Assembly (NCBI GenBank): GCA_965221775.1
Contig: CBDCSU010000005.1
Location: 480,001 to 544,000 of the forward strand
Reading direction: 5' to 3'
From: Candidatus Latescibacterota bacterium
GTDB lineage: Bacteria; Latescibacterota; UBA2968; UBA8231
Length of the DNA: 64,000 bases
Made by a program: the position numbers and the translations under genes. Under the pieces are notes generated by a model. It did not search any database. It worked only from the letters and a program-made list of their open reading frames with translations, and was not told the origin of the DNA. Positions 16,772-25,783 of this stretch are shown here, one piece after another (positions within the stretch are counted from its first letter, which is position 1; the number at the start of each line of letters is the position of its first letter).

Positions 16772-18436
16772 CTACCCCCCCGCCCGCACCCGCGGCCCGT
16801 TCAACAGCCGCCCCAGCCAGGTGTAGCGCACAAGCACCTGGTAGACGACCAGCAGGAAACCGGTAACCGCCACCAGCACGAGGACGAACTTCACCGCCGA
16901 GGGCAGCGGCCAGTCGCGCACGGCGAACTGCGCTCCGATGATCAGCGGCACGTGGGCCAGGTACAACCAGTACGACGAGTCCGACAAGTAGCGGATGATC
17001 CGATTCTCGCGGGCGCATATCCTGCGAAACAGGCCCATGAAGCCGAAGGCCATCATCCAGGGATAGATCGCCTGCAACACCACCGCCTCGGTCCGGGCCG
17101 TCTCCGGCCCGAGAATGCCGTCGCCCAGTCCGAAGGCGCCCGTGGCTGCCCCCAGACCCAGCGGGAAGAGGACCAGGAGTCCCGTCGGGAGCCCCAGCCA
17201 CCACCACTTCCCCACCCGGCCTTCGCGGTCGTCGCAGTCGAAGTAGAGGGCGCCGAAGGCAAAGAACATGGCGTAGTAGAGGAAGACGTGGGGCATGGGC
17301 AGCAGGCCCAGCGAGGTATCCGCCCCGAAACCGGGAATGACCAGTCCCATGAGCGACTGCGGGACCAGGGTCAGGGGGATGAGCCAGAGGAACCGCGCCG
17401 GCGACAGGACCAGCCACTGCGGCGGCTCCGGGCACTTGAGCCAGCCCGTCAGTGCGGTGACGAGGGCGAAGAGAAGCACGAACCAGCAGAGGAACCACAG
17501 GAACCAGAGATGGGAGAAGAGTGGCGCCGAGAAGACGGGAGCCTCCATCGCCTTCACATACCGGAACCCGGGTGACACCTCCTCCGGCCTGGCGGTCTCC
17601 TCGCGATCATCGCCGGAAGCGGATCCTTCGAGCAGTGCGGAGATGTGAAGGCGTCCGGCCTCTACCTGCCCTTCGTCGAACTCGATCTGCAGCAGTCCCG
17701 CCAGGTAGCGGGTGAGGCCCCAGTCCACCTCCAGGGCATCCCGGGGGGTCTCTCCCCTGTGGTTCTTCGCGGCCGGATCCGCCCCGTGCCGAAGCAGCAG
17801 CTCGGCGACTTCGGTCCTTCCCAGGAAGGCGGCCGCGTGCAGCGGCGTTCCGCCGTCCTTGCCGCGGCCATCCACGTCGGCCCCGTTCCCCAGCAGCCCT
17901 TCGGCAACCTCCACCCGGCCGGCCAGGGCCGCCCACACGAGGGGGGTGATTCCGAAGACCGGATCGATCCCCTCCATGTCGGCCCCCTTCGCCAGGTGAC
18001 GCTCCACGGCGGCCGCATCGCCGTCCCTGGCGGCGGTCCAGATGCTGTCCTCGGCGGCGGCCTTCCCGTCCTCGTAGACGGAGGCCATGGCCCAGCCGCT
18101 GACCCAGTTCACCGCGGGAACGATGGTGACAAGCCCGAGCAGGAATGGCAGGAAGACGCGGCGCAGGCGATGGGAGAGGAGCGACCTCAGGCCGCGGCGG
18201 CGCCAGAGCATGGCGGTGAAGAAGCCGCTGAGCAGGAAGAACACGGGCATGCGGAAGCCGTGGATGGCGGCGAACAGCAGGCCGTAGGACTCGCTCTGCC
18301 GGGTATCCTGCACCGGCCAGGGGAAGGGCGCGAAGGAGAGCCCGGCGTGCAGAACGATGCCGAGGAGCATCGCCGCGGCGCGCAGGGCGTCGAGGTCGTG
18401 GCGGCGGGGGTCAGGGGGCGGTGCGGGCGGGGTCAT
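16772..18436 (-). CDS. Acyltransferase family 3 (OpgC/MdoC-like) with internal ankyrin repeats
   Basis: RRHDLDALRAAAMLLGIVLH, IHGFRMPVFFLLSGFF, HLWFLWFL, SDSSYWLYLAH; ankyrin GITPLVWAA, GTPLHAAA, GETP. Confidence 0.88.
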   Translation of the reverse strand: MTPPAPPPDPRRHDLDALRAAAMLLGIVLHAGLSFAPFPWPVQDTRQSESYGLLFAAIHGFRMPVFFLLSGFFTAMLWRRRGLRSLLSHRLRRVFLPFLLGLVTIVPAVNWVSGWAMASVYEDGKAAAEDSIWTAARDGDAAAVERHLAKGADMEGIDPVFGITPLVWAALAGRVEVAEGLLGNGADVDGRGKDGGTPLHAAAFLGRTEVAELLLRHGADPAAKNHRGETPRDALEVDWGLTRYLAGLLQIEFDEGQVEAGRLHISALLEGSASGDDREETARPEEVSPGFRYVKAMEAPVFSAPLFSHLWFLWFLCWFVLLFALVTALTGWLKCPEPPQWLVLSPARFLWLIPLTLVPQSLMGLVIPGFGADTSLGLLPMPHVFLYYAMFFAFGALYFDCDDREGRVGKWWWLGLPTGLLVLFPLGLGAATGAFGLGDGILGPETARTEAVVLQAIYPWMMAFGFMGLFRRICARENRIIRYLSDSSYWLYLAHVPLIIGAQFAVRDWPLPSAVKFVLVLVAVTGFLLVVYQVLVRYTWLGRLLNGPRVRAGG

Positions 18437-18510
18437 CGAGGAACCTTGCAGTCTCCAGTAACGTCCTGTACATCGGGGCCTTGCCGCCCTTTAATCCAGG
18501 AGGACCAGCC

Positions 18511-20064
18511 ATGCATGCAGCAGCCATCCCTGTCGTGAACCGGGCGGTATTGCCGCTGGTGGTACTCCTCGCGGCCGCGGCCACCCCCGGCGGCGCCGCC
18601 GCCACCAGCCACGCTGACACCAGCCACGCCGACACCACCAGCCAGGCGGACACCCCCCCCAGCCACGCGGCCACCCCCGGCCACGCGGACACCGCCGGCT
18701 TCGCGGACACCGGCCAGGGGCCCTTCTCCACCCTCGTCCCCGACGAGGACCCCGACAGCCTCGGCGTGGAACGCGTCGGCGAGATCGTGCTCTTCCTCGC
18801 TCCCCGGGAAGAGGAGGTGCCTTGGGGGACCGACCTCTATCTGGCGGGGGACCACGCGCTGATGGGGGATTTTCGCAGCCGCGTCCATTTCGTCGATATC
18901 TCCGATCCTGCCGACATGCGCAAGGTAGCCGAGGTCCGCACCCCCGGGCCTGCGGTGGACATCAAGATCTCCGGTGATCTGGCGGTGATAGGGGTGCAGG
19001 AGACGAACATCGATATGGATGTGGACTTCGGGTTGCTGATCCTCGACATCTCCGATCCGGCCAATCCCGTCGAGATCTCGCGGCTCGAGGAGCCAGGCTG
19101 GCGAGGCGTCCACAATCTCTTCATCGACCGCGACCGCCTCTATCTGGCTCACATGGACAGCCCGGGCCTGAGCATCGTCGACATATCCGATCCGGCGGCG
19201 CCCGTGGTCTCCGGCTCCTGGCGGCGCGAGAGCGACCTGCTGATCCACGACATCTTCATCCGCGACGGCATCGCCGTCGTCAGCGACTATTTTTTCGGGC
19301 TGATCCTCCTCGACCTCACCGACCCGGACGCACCCGCCCTGTTGGCGGCCCTGCCCTTCCCGGAAGGCATCCACAGCGCCTGGGCCGAGGGGGACTACGT
19401 CTACTGCAACCAGGAGTTCGGCGGCTGGGATCAGCGTCTCCATGTCGTCGATATCGCCGACCCGCGGCAGCCCCGGCTGATCCACTCCTTCGGCATGCAG
19501 CCGCCGCCTCACGGTGAGATCCTCGGCCCGCACAACCCGTGGGTCCGGGACGGGCTGCTGTACTGGGCCTGCTACGACGCGGGGTTGCGGGTCTTCGACC
19601 TGACCGACCCGGCGCGGCCGGTGGAAGCCGGCTACCACACCTATCCGGGCTCCGCCTGGAGCGCCCAGCCCCACGACGACGGCCTGGTCTACGTCGCCGA
19701 CGGCGCGGTGGGCCTCCAGGCCTACCGGATCACCCTCCCGTCGGCGGAGACCGCGGTGGGCCATGAGCGGGTGGATGGCCGGCCTTCTGCCTTCCATCTG
19801 GCGCAGAACTACCCCAATCCCTTCAACCAGTCGACGGTGATCCGCATCGGCCTGGACACCGCGGCCGACATGGAGCTGACCGTGTTCAACATGAGCGGAC
19901 AGCGGGTCGCGACCCTGGCCCGGGGGCCCCATCCGGCGGGAACCCATTCCTTCGTCTGGGATGGACGCGACCACCGCGGGTCGGAGATGGCTTCGGGCGT
20001 CTACGCCTTCCGGCTCCGGGCCGGCGGACGGGAGCAGACCCGCAAGCTGCTGCTCCTGCGCTGA
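18511..20064 (+). CDS. Secreted LVIVD-repeat beta-propeller protein with FlgD/Por-like C-terminal domain
   Basis: Signal peptide; repeated (F/L/I)VDISDPAxP; C-terminal LAQNYPNPFNQST...WDGRD...SGVY...RKLLLLR. Confidence 0.85.
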   Translation: MHAAAIPVVNRAVLPLVVLLAAAATPGGAAATSHADTSHADTTSQADTPPSHAATPGHADTAGFADTGQGPFSTLVPDEDPDSLGVERVGEIVLFLAPREEEVPWGTDLYLAGDHALMGDFRSRVHFVDISDPADMRKVAEVRTPGPAVDIKISGDLAVIGVQETNIDMDVDFGLLILDISDPANPVEISRLEEPGWRGVHNLFIDRDRLYLAHMDSPGLSIVDISDPAAPVVSGSWRRESDLLIHDIFIRDGIAVVSDYFFGLILLDLTDPDAPALLAALPFPEGIHSAWAEGDYVYCNQEFGGWDQRLHVVDIADPRQPRLIHSFGMQPPPHGEILGPHNPWVRDGLLYWACYDAGLRVFDLTDPARPVEAGYHTYPGSAWSAQPHDDGLVYVADGAVGLQAYRITLPSAETAVGHERVDGRPSAFHLAQNYPNPFNQSTVIRIGLDTAADMELTVFNMSGQRVATLARGPHPAGTHSFVWDGRDHRGSEMASGVYAFRLRAGGREQTRKLLLLR

Positions 20065-20093
20065 AGGACCGCCGCTCCCCCGGCCGGCCCTCG

Positions 20094-21263
20094 TCATCCG
20101 GACGGACCGCGGACGCCGGTCCGGGTCTCCTCCACCACCAGGTCGACCACCGCCCGCAGGGCTTCCTCGTGCGAGTCTCCCTCCAGGCGGCGCAGCCGGA
20201 AGTGGTCGATCTGCCGGTCGGCGCCGGCGCCGGTGCGCACCAGGTGCAGGGCGTGGGCCAGCTCGGCCTCGCAGTCGAGAGCCCCGGCCTCCTCGGCCAG
20301 GTCCTCGACGAGGGCGGCGGCGTGCTCCTCGATGTCCATGCGCCCGGCCCCCGAGGTGTTGCCCAGGAAGGCGAGGACGCCGTAGCGCTGCGCCAGCCAG
20401 CAGTTCTCGGCGATCAGCTCCGTGGGCGGCTCCGGCGGCAGGCCGTCCTCCCGGTCCTGGCGCAGCAGGCGCCGCACGAGGCAGGCGTACAGAGCCACGA
20501 CGCTCATGGCGTCGTCGATCGTCTGGCAGACGTCGCACACGCGCAGTTCCACCGTGGGATAGCTCCGGGAGGGGCGGATGTCCCACCACAGCTCGCCGGC
20601 GTCCTCGATGAAGTCCATGCGGCGGTAGTGGGCCACGAGGCGGTCGAACTCGGACCACGAGCCGAGGGGGCCCGGCAGGCCGGTGCGCGGCAGGCTGCCG
20701 AAGATGGTCAGCCGGTAGGACTTGAAGCCGGTCTCGCGGCCGCTGCTGAAGGGCGAGGAGGCGGAGAGGGCGTGGAGCAGCGGCAGGTGGCGCCGCAGGG
20801 CGGTCATGACCCGCACGCGGCTGTCCGGGTCGCCGAATCCGGCGTGGACGTGCATGCCGCCCACGAGCAGCTCGCGGACCGCCTGCTGGTAGGTCATGGC
20901 GAACTGCTCGTAGCGCTGGCCGGCGGTGACGACCTGGCGGTCCCAGGCGGCGAAGGGATGGGTGGAGGCGGCCAGGACCGCGGCGCCGTGGCGCGCCGCC
21001 GCGTCGAGGACCAGGCGGCGGGTCTCGTCGAGGGCGGTGCGGATCTCGGCCACCGACCCGCAGACCCGGGTGGTGGTCTCGATCTGGGAGCGGAGGAACT
21101 CGGCCACCACCTTGTGGGGGCCGCTCTCCTCCTGGCAGGCTTCGAAGATGCCGCGCTCCGGGTCCGGCAGAAGGTCGCGGGTGCGGGGGTCGACGAGGAA
21201 GAACTCCTCCTCGACCCCGAGCTCTATTTCGAGGCTGTCTCCCATGCCGGATTTCGTGGCCAT
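20094..21263 (-). CDS. ybdK: Carboxylate-amine ligase / glutamate--cysteine ligase 2 (YbdK family)
   Basis: LGVEEEFFLVD, EFLRSQIE, AASTHPF, GMHVH, SASSPF, LWWDIRPS, TVELRVCD; start may be 21245. Confidence 0.88.
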   Translation of the reverse strand: MATKSGMGDSLEIELGVEEEFFLVDPRTRDLLPDPERGIFEACQEESGPHKVVAEFLRSQIETTTRVCGSVAEIRTALDETRRLVLDAAARHGAAVLAASTHPFAAWDRQVVTAGQRYEQFAMTYQQAVRELLVGGMHVHAGFGDPDSRVRVMTALRRHLPLLHALSASSPFSSGRETGFKSYRLTIFGSLPRTGLPGPLGSWSEFDRLVAHYRRMDFIEDAGELWWDIRPSRSYPTVELRVCDVCQTIDDAMSVVALYACLVRRLLRQDREDGLPPEPPTELIAENCWLAQRYGVLAFLGNTSGAGRMDIEEHAAALVEDLAEEAGALDCEAELAHALHLVRTGAGADRQIDHFRLRRLEGDSHEEALRAVVDLVVEETRTGVRGPSG

Positions 21264-21381
21264 GCGGGACTAGATGGAGCTTCGATCGCCCGCGGTCAAA
21301 TGGGCCCCGGCGGCGGTTCGGGCCGGGGCGCGCGGGACAGCCGCGGGCCTCCTCCCGGACGATCCTGGATCCTGTCGCCGC

Positions 21382-22368
21382 TCATCCGGCCAGCCCGCGC
21401 AGAAAGCCCACGGAGGCCTCGAACTGCTGCATCTCCCAGGCGGCGCAGAGCCCGGGCGGCTGCCCGCGCTCGTGGGGGGTGCGCCACTCTTCGGCCGCCG
21501 GCCTCGCCGCCCGGTGCAGGTCGCCGAGGGCCTCCACCGCCCCGGGCAGGAACGGGCGCTCGGGCCAGGTCTCCCACCAGTCCGGCTCCAGCAGGCGGAC
21601 GTGCCGCGCCGTGGTGGCCCCCAGCTCGATGCACCCCTGCACCCCGGGAGACTCGGCCTCGAACCAGGCCAGCATCGCCGCCCAGTCGACGAGGCCGTCG
21701 CCGAGGGCGCAGCGGACGAGGCGGTACCCCGACTCGGTGGAGTGGACCCGGTAGTCCTTGAGGTGCACGTGCTTGAGGAAGGGCCGCACGCCGCGGGCGA
21801 AGGCGAGGCAGGTCTCGCCGGCGGCGCAGGCGTTGCCCACGTCCATGGTCACCCCCAGGCGCTCGCTGTCCACTTGCCCGCAGAGCGCCGCCAGCTCCGC
21901 CGAGCACAGGTCCTGGTGGTTCTCGATGCCGATCTCCACGCCGACCCTCTCGGCGTGGGCCGAGGCTCGCTTCAGGGGTTCCACGAGAGCCTCGAGGAAG
22001 GCCTGGCAGCCCTGGCGGCCGAGGGCGCGGCGGTCGCCCTCGAGGAGGCGGGTCAGGGTCGTCCGGACCACCGGCGCCCCCAGCTCGGCGGCCAGGTCGA
22101 GGGTCCGCGTCAGGGGCGAGAGGTCCGCGGCGTAGGCGTCGCTGCCGGTGTCGAGGAAGAGGGCGAGTCCGTCGGCCTCCAGGCGATGGCGCAGGGCCGT
22201 GCGCCCGGCGGGGGAGATGCCGTCGAACCAGTCCGGGGGGCCCTCGACGCCGGCCAGGCCGTGGCCGCCGGCCAGCTCCATCAGCCCCTCCAGGCTCCGC
22301 GGGTCGAGCCCCCGCCCCGCCCGCGGGTGCAGGCCGGAGAAGCTCCATGCGCTCAGGCCGACCTGCAC
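21382..22368 (-). CDS. Sugar phosphate isomerase/epimerase (xylose isomerase-like TIM barrel)
   Basis: GIENHQD, VTMDVGN, HVHLKDY, CALGDGLVD, CIE. Confidence 0.85.
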   Translation of the reverse strand: MQVGLSAWSFSGLHPRAGRGLDPRSLEGLMELAGGHGLAGVEGPPDWFDGISPAGRTALRHRLEADGLALFLDTGSDAYAADLSPLTRTLDLAAELGAPVVRTTLTRLLEGDRRALGRQGCQAFLEALVEPLKRASAHAERVGVEIGIENHQDLCSAELAALCGQVDSERLGVTMDVGNACAAGETCLAFARGVRPFLKHVHLKDYRVHSTESGYRLVRCALGDGLVDWAAMLAWFEAESPGVQGCIELGATTARHVRLLEPDWWETWPERPFLPGAVEALGDLHRAARPAAEEWRTPHERGQPPGLCAAWEMQQFEASVGFLRGLAG

Positions 22369-22381
22369 ACCGCCCCTCCGG

Positions 22382-23641
22382 TCAGCCCAGCTCCTCGGGG
22401 CGCTGCTCCACTTCGACGCCGGTGGCCAGGTCGCGCACCTTCACCAGGCCGCGCGCCCACTCCTCCGGCGCCAGCAGCACCAGCCGCGCGGCGCCGGCCG
22501 CGTCGGCGTGGCGGAAGGCCCACTTCATGCGCCGGTCCTCCAGGACCAGGTCGACGGAGCGACCGGCGCGGCGCAGGCGGGCGGCCACCTCCATGGCCGG
22601 GCCGCGCAGGTCTCCGGCAAAGGCGAAGACCACGTCGTCGACCTGGGCGGGCAGTTCCGGCAGCCGCTCCAGGTCCTTGAGCAGCTCGATGACGACGGCG
22701 TCGCCGAAGCCGAAGCCGCAGGCCGGCACGTCCCGCCCCCCGAAGGCCGACAGCAGCCGGTCGTAGCGGCCGCCGCCGCAGAGGGCGCGCAGCTCCCCCG
22801 CCGCCGCGAAGGCCTCGAAGACGACGCCCGTGTAGTACGCCAGGCCGCGCACCAGGGATGGGTCGAAGCGCAGCCAGCCGTCGTACCCGTAGGCGGCGGC
22901 CAGCTGGAAGAGGCGCTCGAGTTCGTCCAGGCCCCTGGCGTCGCCGCCCAGGCCCCGGGCCTCCTCCAGGGAGCCGCAGGAGGCGAACTCGAGGGCGCGG
23001 TCGACGACGGCGGCCTCGATGCCGAGGCGGTCCAGCTCCTCCTCCACCGCCTCGCGGGGGACCTTCTCCAGCTTGTCCAGGAGCACGCAGACCGGTCCGA
23101 AGAGGTCCTCGCCCACGCCCCCGGCCTCGAGGAGGCCCTGCAGCAGGCGCCGGTTGGAGACGCGCACCTCCACCTCCCCCGCCTCGATCCCGAGATCCTC
23201 GAAGAGGGCCACGGCGGCGGCCAGCAGCTCGGCCTCGGCGGTGACCTCGGCGACGCCGAAGACGTCCATGTTCCACTGGAAGTGCTCGCGCCGGCGGCCC
23301 CGGGTCATGCGCTCGTAGCGCCAGCACTGGGGAACGCTGAACCACTTGATCGGCAGGCCGAGGGCGCCCCCCTTGTGCAGCACCATGCGCGCCAGGGAGG
23401 GCGTCATCTCCGGCCGCAGGGCCAGGTCGCGGCCGGACTTGTCCTGGAAGGCGTAGATCTGGTCGACGATCTCCTCGCCGGCCTTGCGCACGTAGAGGTC
23501 GGCGGACTCGACCACGGGGGCGTCGTACTCCTCGAAGCCAAAGCGCCGCGCCGCCTCGCGGAAGCGGCCGTGGAGCCAGGTGCGCAGGCGCATCTCGGCG
23601 GGGTAGAAGTCGCGGGTGCCGCGCGGTGGCGAGAGGTTCAT
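22382..23641 (-). CDS. hisS: Histidine--tRNA ligase
   Basis: PRGTRDFYP, ALRPEMTPSLAR, WRYERMTRGRRREHFQWNMD, LVRGLAYYTG, GGGRYD. Confidence 0.96.
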   Translation of the reverse strand: MNLSPPRGTRDFYPAEMRLRTWLHGRFREAARRFGFEEYDAPVVESADLYVRKAGEEIVDQIYAFQDKSGRDLALRPEMTPSLARMVLHKGGALGLPIKWFSVPQCWRYERMTRGRRREHFQWNMDVFGVAEVTAEAELLAAAVALFEDLGIEAGEVEVRVSNRRLLQGLLEAGGVGEDLFGPVCVLLDKLEKVPREAVEEELDRLGIEAAVVDRALEFASCGSLEEARGLGGDARGLDELERLFQLAAAYGYDGWLRFDPSLVRGLAYYTGVVFEAFAAAGELRALCGGGRYDRLLSAFGGRDVPACGFGFGDAVVIELLKDLERLPELPAQVDDVVFAFAGDLRGPAMEVAARLRRAGRSVDLVLEDRRMKWAFRHADAAGAARLVLLAPEEWARGLVKVRDLATGVEVEQRPEELG

Positions 23642-23708
23642 GCGGAGAAGGGTCGGAGCCGGACGCGACGGTGGCAAGCGGCGGCCGGGAGAGGCCCCGG
23701 GGGGCCGG

Positions 23709-24260
23709 TCAGGAGAACAGGTCGGAGATCGGCAGCACCCAACCCGGCACGACGTCGCCGCCCTCCAGGGACTCGCCCTCGACGAGGACGCGGATGTCGC
23801 CGCGCGACCGGTAGCAGGTCACCGTACGGGTCCGCGGAAGGACGACGAGGACCAGGCGGCAACCGGCGTCGAGCCAGTCGAAGACCTTCTCCTCCACTTC
23901 GGCGTGGGTGTCGCCGGGGGAGACGACCTCGGCCGCCAGATCCGGCGCCCCCGACCGGAAGCCCTCGATCCGGCCGGTGGCCGAGACCCGCTCGCGGCGC
24001 ACGAAGGCCACGTCCGGAGCCCGGACCGTGTCGGGATCGGTGGCGAGCCGGAATCCGGTCTCGGCGGCGTAGACCCGCCCGAGGCCGTGGGCTCTCACGT
24101 GGGCGAAGAGCAGCCCGCCGAGGGTAGCGGCGATCTCGCCGTGGGCGTCGCCGGCGGGCGTCCTTCTCCTCAGCTCTCCTGCCACGAGCTCGTAGCGGAA
24201 GCCGTCGTCCGGCATCTCCAGGAGCTCGTCGGCGGTGATCGGGCGGTCGAGGGTGGTCAT
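23709..24260 (-). CDS. Uma2 family (DUF820) PD-(D/E)XK endonuclease
   Basis: RYELVAGEL, ETGF, RAPDVAFV, APDLAAEVVSPGD, VVPGWVLPISDLF. Confidence 0.9.
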   Translation of the reverse strand: MTTLDRPITADELLEMPDDGFRYELVAGELRRRTPAGDAHGEIAATLGGLLFAHVRAHGLGRVYAAETGFRLATDPDTVRAPDVAFVRRERVSATGRIEGFRSGAPDLAAEVVSPGDTHAEVEEKVFDWLDAGCRLVLVVLPRTRTVTCYRSRGDIRVLVEGESLEGGDVVPGWVLPISDLFS

Positions 24261-24332
24261 GGGTCCTCTGCTCGGAGAGTCAATATACGACAGGAGCCGG
24301 GAGGGGAATCACCGGATGCCCGGCCGGGGCCG

Positions 24333-25202
24333 TCACGGTCCCGCGCCGCGGTCGACCAACTCGCCGAGGACGACGGCGGCTAGGCCTAAGGCCATCCCCG
24401 GCAGCAGCCGGCGGCTCGGCCTCACCGCGGACGGACTGCCGCGCCAGAGATCGAGGCAGGTCCGCGCCAGGAGCAAGTCGAGGAGGGCCACCGGCGCCAG
24501 GTAGCCCCAGCCGTAGATCCCCAGGAACGCCGGCAGCGGCGCGGCCAGGGCCGTGACGGCGAGGACAGCCGCGGCCACGCGCTCCGCCGCGCGCTTCCCG
24601 CGGAGGCTGGCCAGGGTGCGCGTTCCGTGCCTCCGGTCCCCCTCCAGGTCCTCGGCGCCCTTGAGGATCTCGCGCCCCAGGTGGTAGACCAGGGCGAAGG
24701 CCGCCGGGACCCACCAGCGGCCGCCGCCGCCGGCGGCGACGGCGCCGTACGGGAAGGTGGCCGCCGCCAGCACGCTGACCAGGAGGTTGCCCGGCAGCCC
24801 CAGGCGCTTCCACCACCAGTTGTAGAGGGCCAGCCCCGCGGCGACGGCGAAGGCGATCGCCCCGGGCGCCAGGCCGACGACGAAGGCGGTCCCGAGGCCG
24901 GCGGTCCCGAGGGCCGCGGACAGCACCAGGGCCGCCGCGGGGGAGAGGCGGCCCGAGGGCAGCGGACGGTCCGGGCGGTTGACGCGGTCGGCGGGCAGGT
25001 CGAGCACATCGTTGAGGCCGTTGCCGGCGGCGGCCACGGCGGCGGCGGCCACGGCGGCGGCGGCGACTCCGGCGGTCGCGTGGGGATGGCCCGAGGCGAG
25101 GGCCCCGACCCACACCGAGACCGCGGTGAGAGCGCAGTTCGGGGGCCTCGCGAGGGCGGCGGCGGCCGCGGCCCGGACCCTCGGGCGGGAGAGCGCCCTC
25201 AC
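24333..25202 (-). CDS. UbiA-family prenyltransferase, DGGGP synthase-like
   Basis: LARPPN, GNGLNDVLDLPADRVNRPDRPLPSG, REILKGAEDLEGD..G.RTL; multiple TM helices. Confidence 0.82.
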   Translation of the reverse strand: MRALSRPRVRAAAAAALARPPNCALTAVSVWVGALASGHPHATAGVAAAAVAAAAVAAAGNGLNDVLDLPADRVNRPDRPLPSGRLSPAAALVLSAALGTAGLGTAFVVGLAPGAIAFAVAAGLALYNWWWKRLGLPGNLLVSVLAAATFPYGAVAAGGGGRWWVPAAFALVYHLGREILKGAEDLEGDRRHGTRTLASLRGKRAAERVAAAVLAVTALAAPLPAFLGIYGWGYLAPVALLDLLLARTCLDLWRGSPSAVRPSRRLLPGMALGLAAVVLGELVDRGAGP

Positions 25203-25293
25203 GCCCCGGAGCCCTCCTCCGGCCAGGCCCTGCCGAAGCGGGTGTTTCTTGAGCTAACCCCTTGAAAAAAAAGGCGCTTCTCCAAGATTTCGC

Positions 25294-25323
25294 TTGACAT
25301 GGCCGCCGGGGCCGGAGTATGTT
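25294..25323 (+). promoter_or_regulatory. Sigma70 promoter of the HU/IHF gene
   Basis: TTGACA (25294-99), 18 nt, TATGTT (25318-23); A-tract at 25265-72 upstream. Confidence 0.65.
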
Positions 25324-25417
25324 GTGCAACCACTTTATTACCAATAACTAAGGTCATATTTCGCCACCCGGTCTGCGCTTCCCGATGACAACCCCCCCGC
25401 CCAGGAGTTGCGGCCCC

Positions 25418-25771
25418 TTGTCCACCATCACCAAGAAGGACCTGGCGCTTCTCGTCAGCCAGAACACGGGCTGCAAGAAGAACCTGGCCGCCAAGATGGT
25501 GGACAGCCTTTTCGTCGCCATGCGCGACAGCCTGATCGAGGGCAACCGCATCGAGATTCGGGGGTTCGGCGTCTTCCAGGTCAAGGACACCCGCCCCAAG
25601 CCGGCGGCCCGCAACCCCCGCACGGGCGAGATCATCTACGTCCCCGCCCGCCGCAAGACGCACTTCAAGCCCGGCCGCCTCCTCAAGGAGGCCCTGCACC
25701 GGGCCCGGGACCCCGGCGGGACCTTCGCTCTCCCCCTCCACCTCGACGACGAAGACGACGACGAGCCGTAG
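25418..25771 (+). CDS. HU/IHF family DNA-binding protein
   Basis: ITKKDL, RIEIRGFGVFQVK, ARNPRTGE, HFKPG; likely TTG start after AGGAG (alternative ATG at 25385). Confidence 0.92.
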   Translation: MSTITKKDLALLVSQNTGCKKNLAAKMVDSLFVAMRDSLIEGNRIEIRGFGVFQVKDTRPKPAARNPRTGEIIYVPARRKTHFKPGRLLKEALHRARDPGGTFALPLHLDDEDDDEP

Positions 25772-25783
25772 CGCCGCCGCCCG

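Noticed and set aside
18653-18660. C8 tract as a phase-variation switch
   Set aside because: Short for a genome this GC-rich, and the frame is intact.
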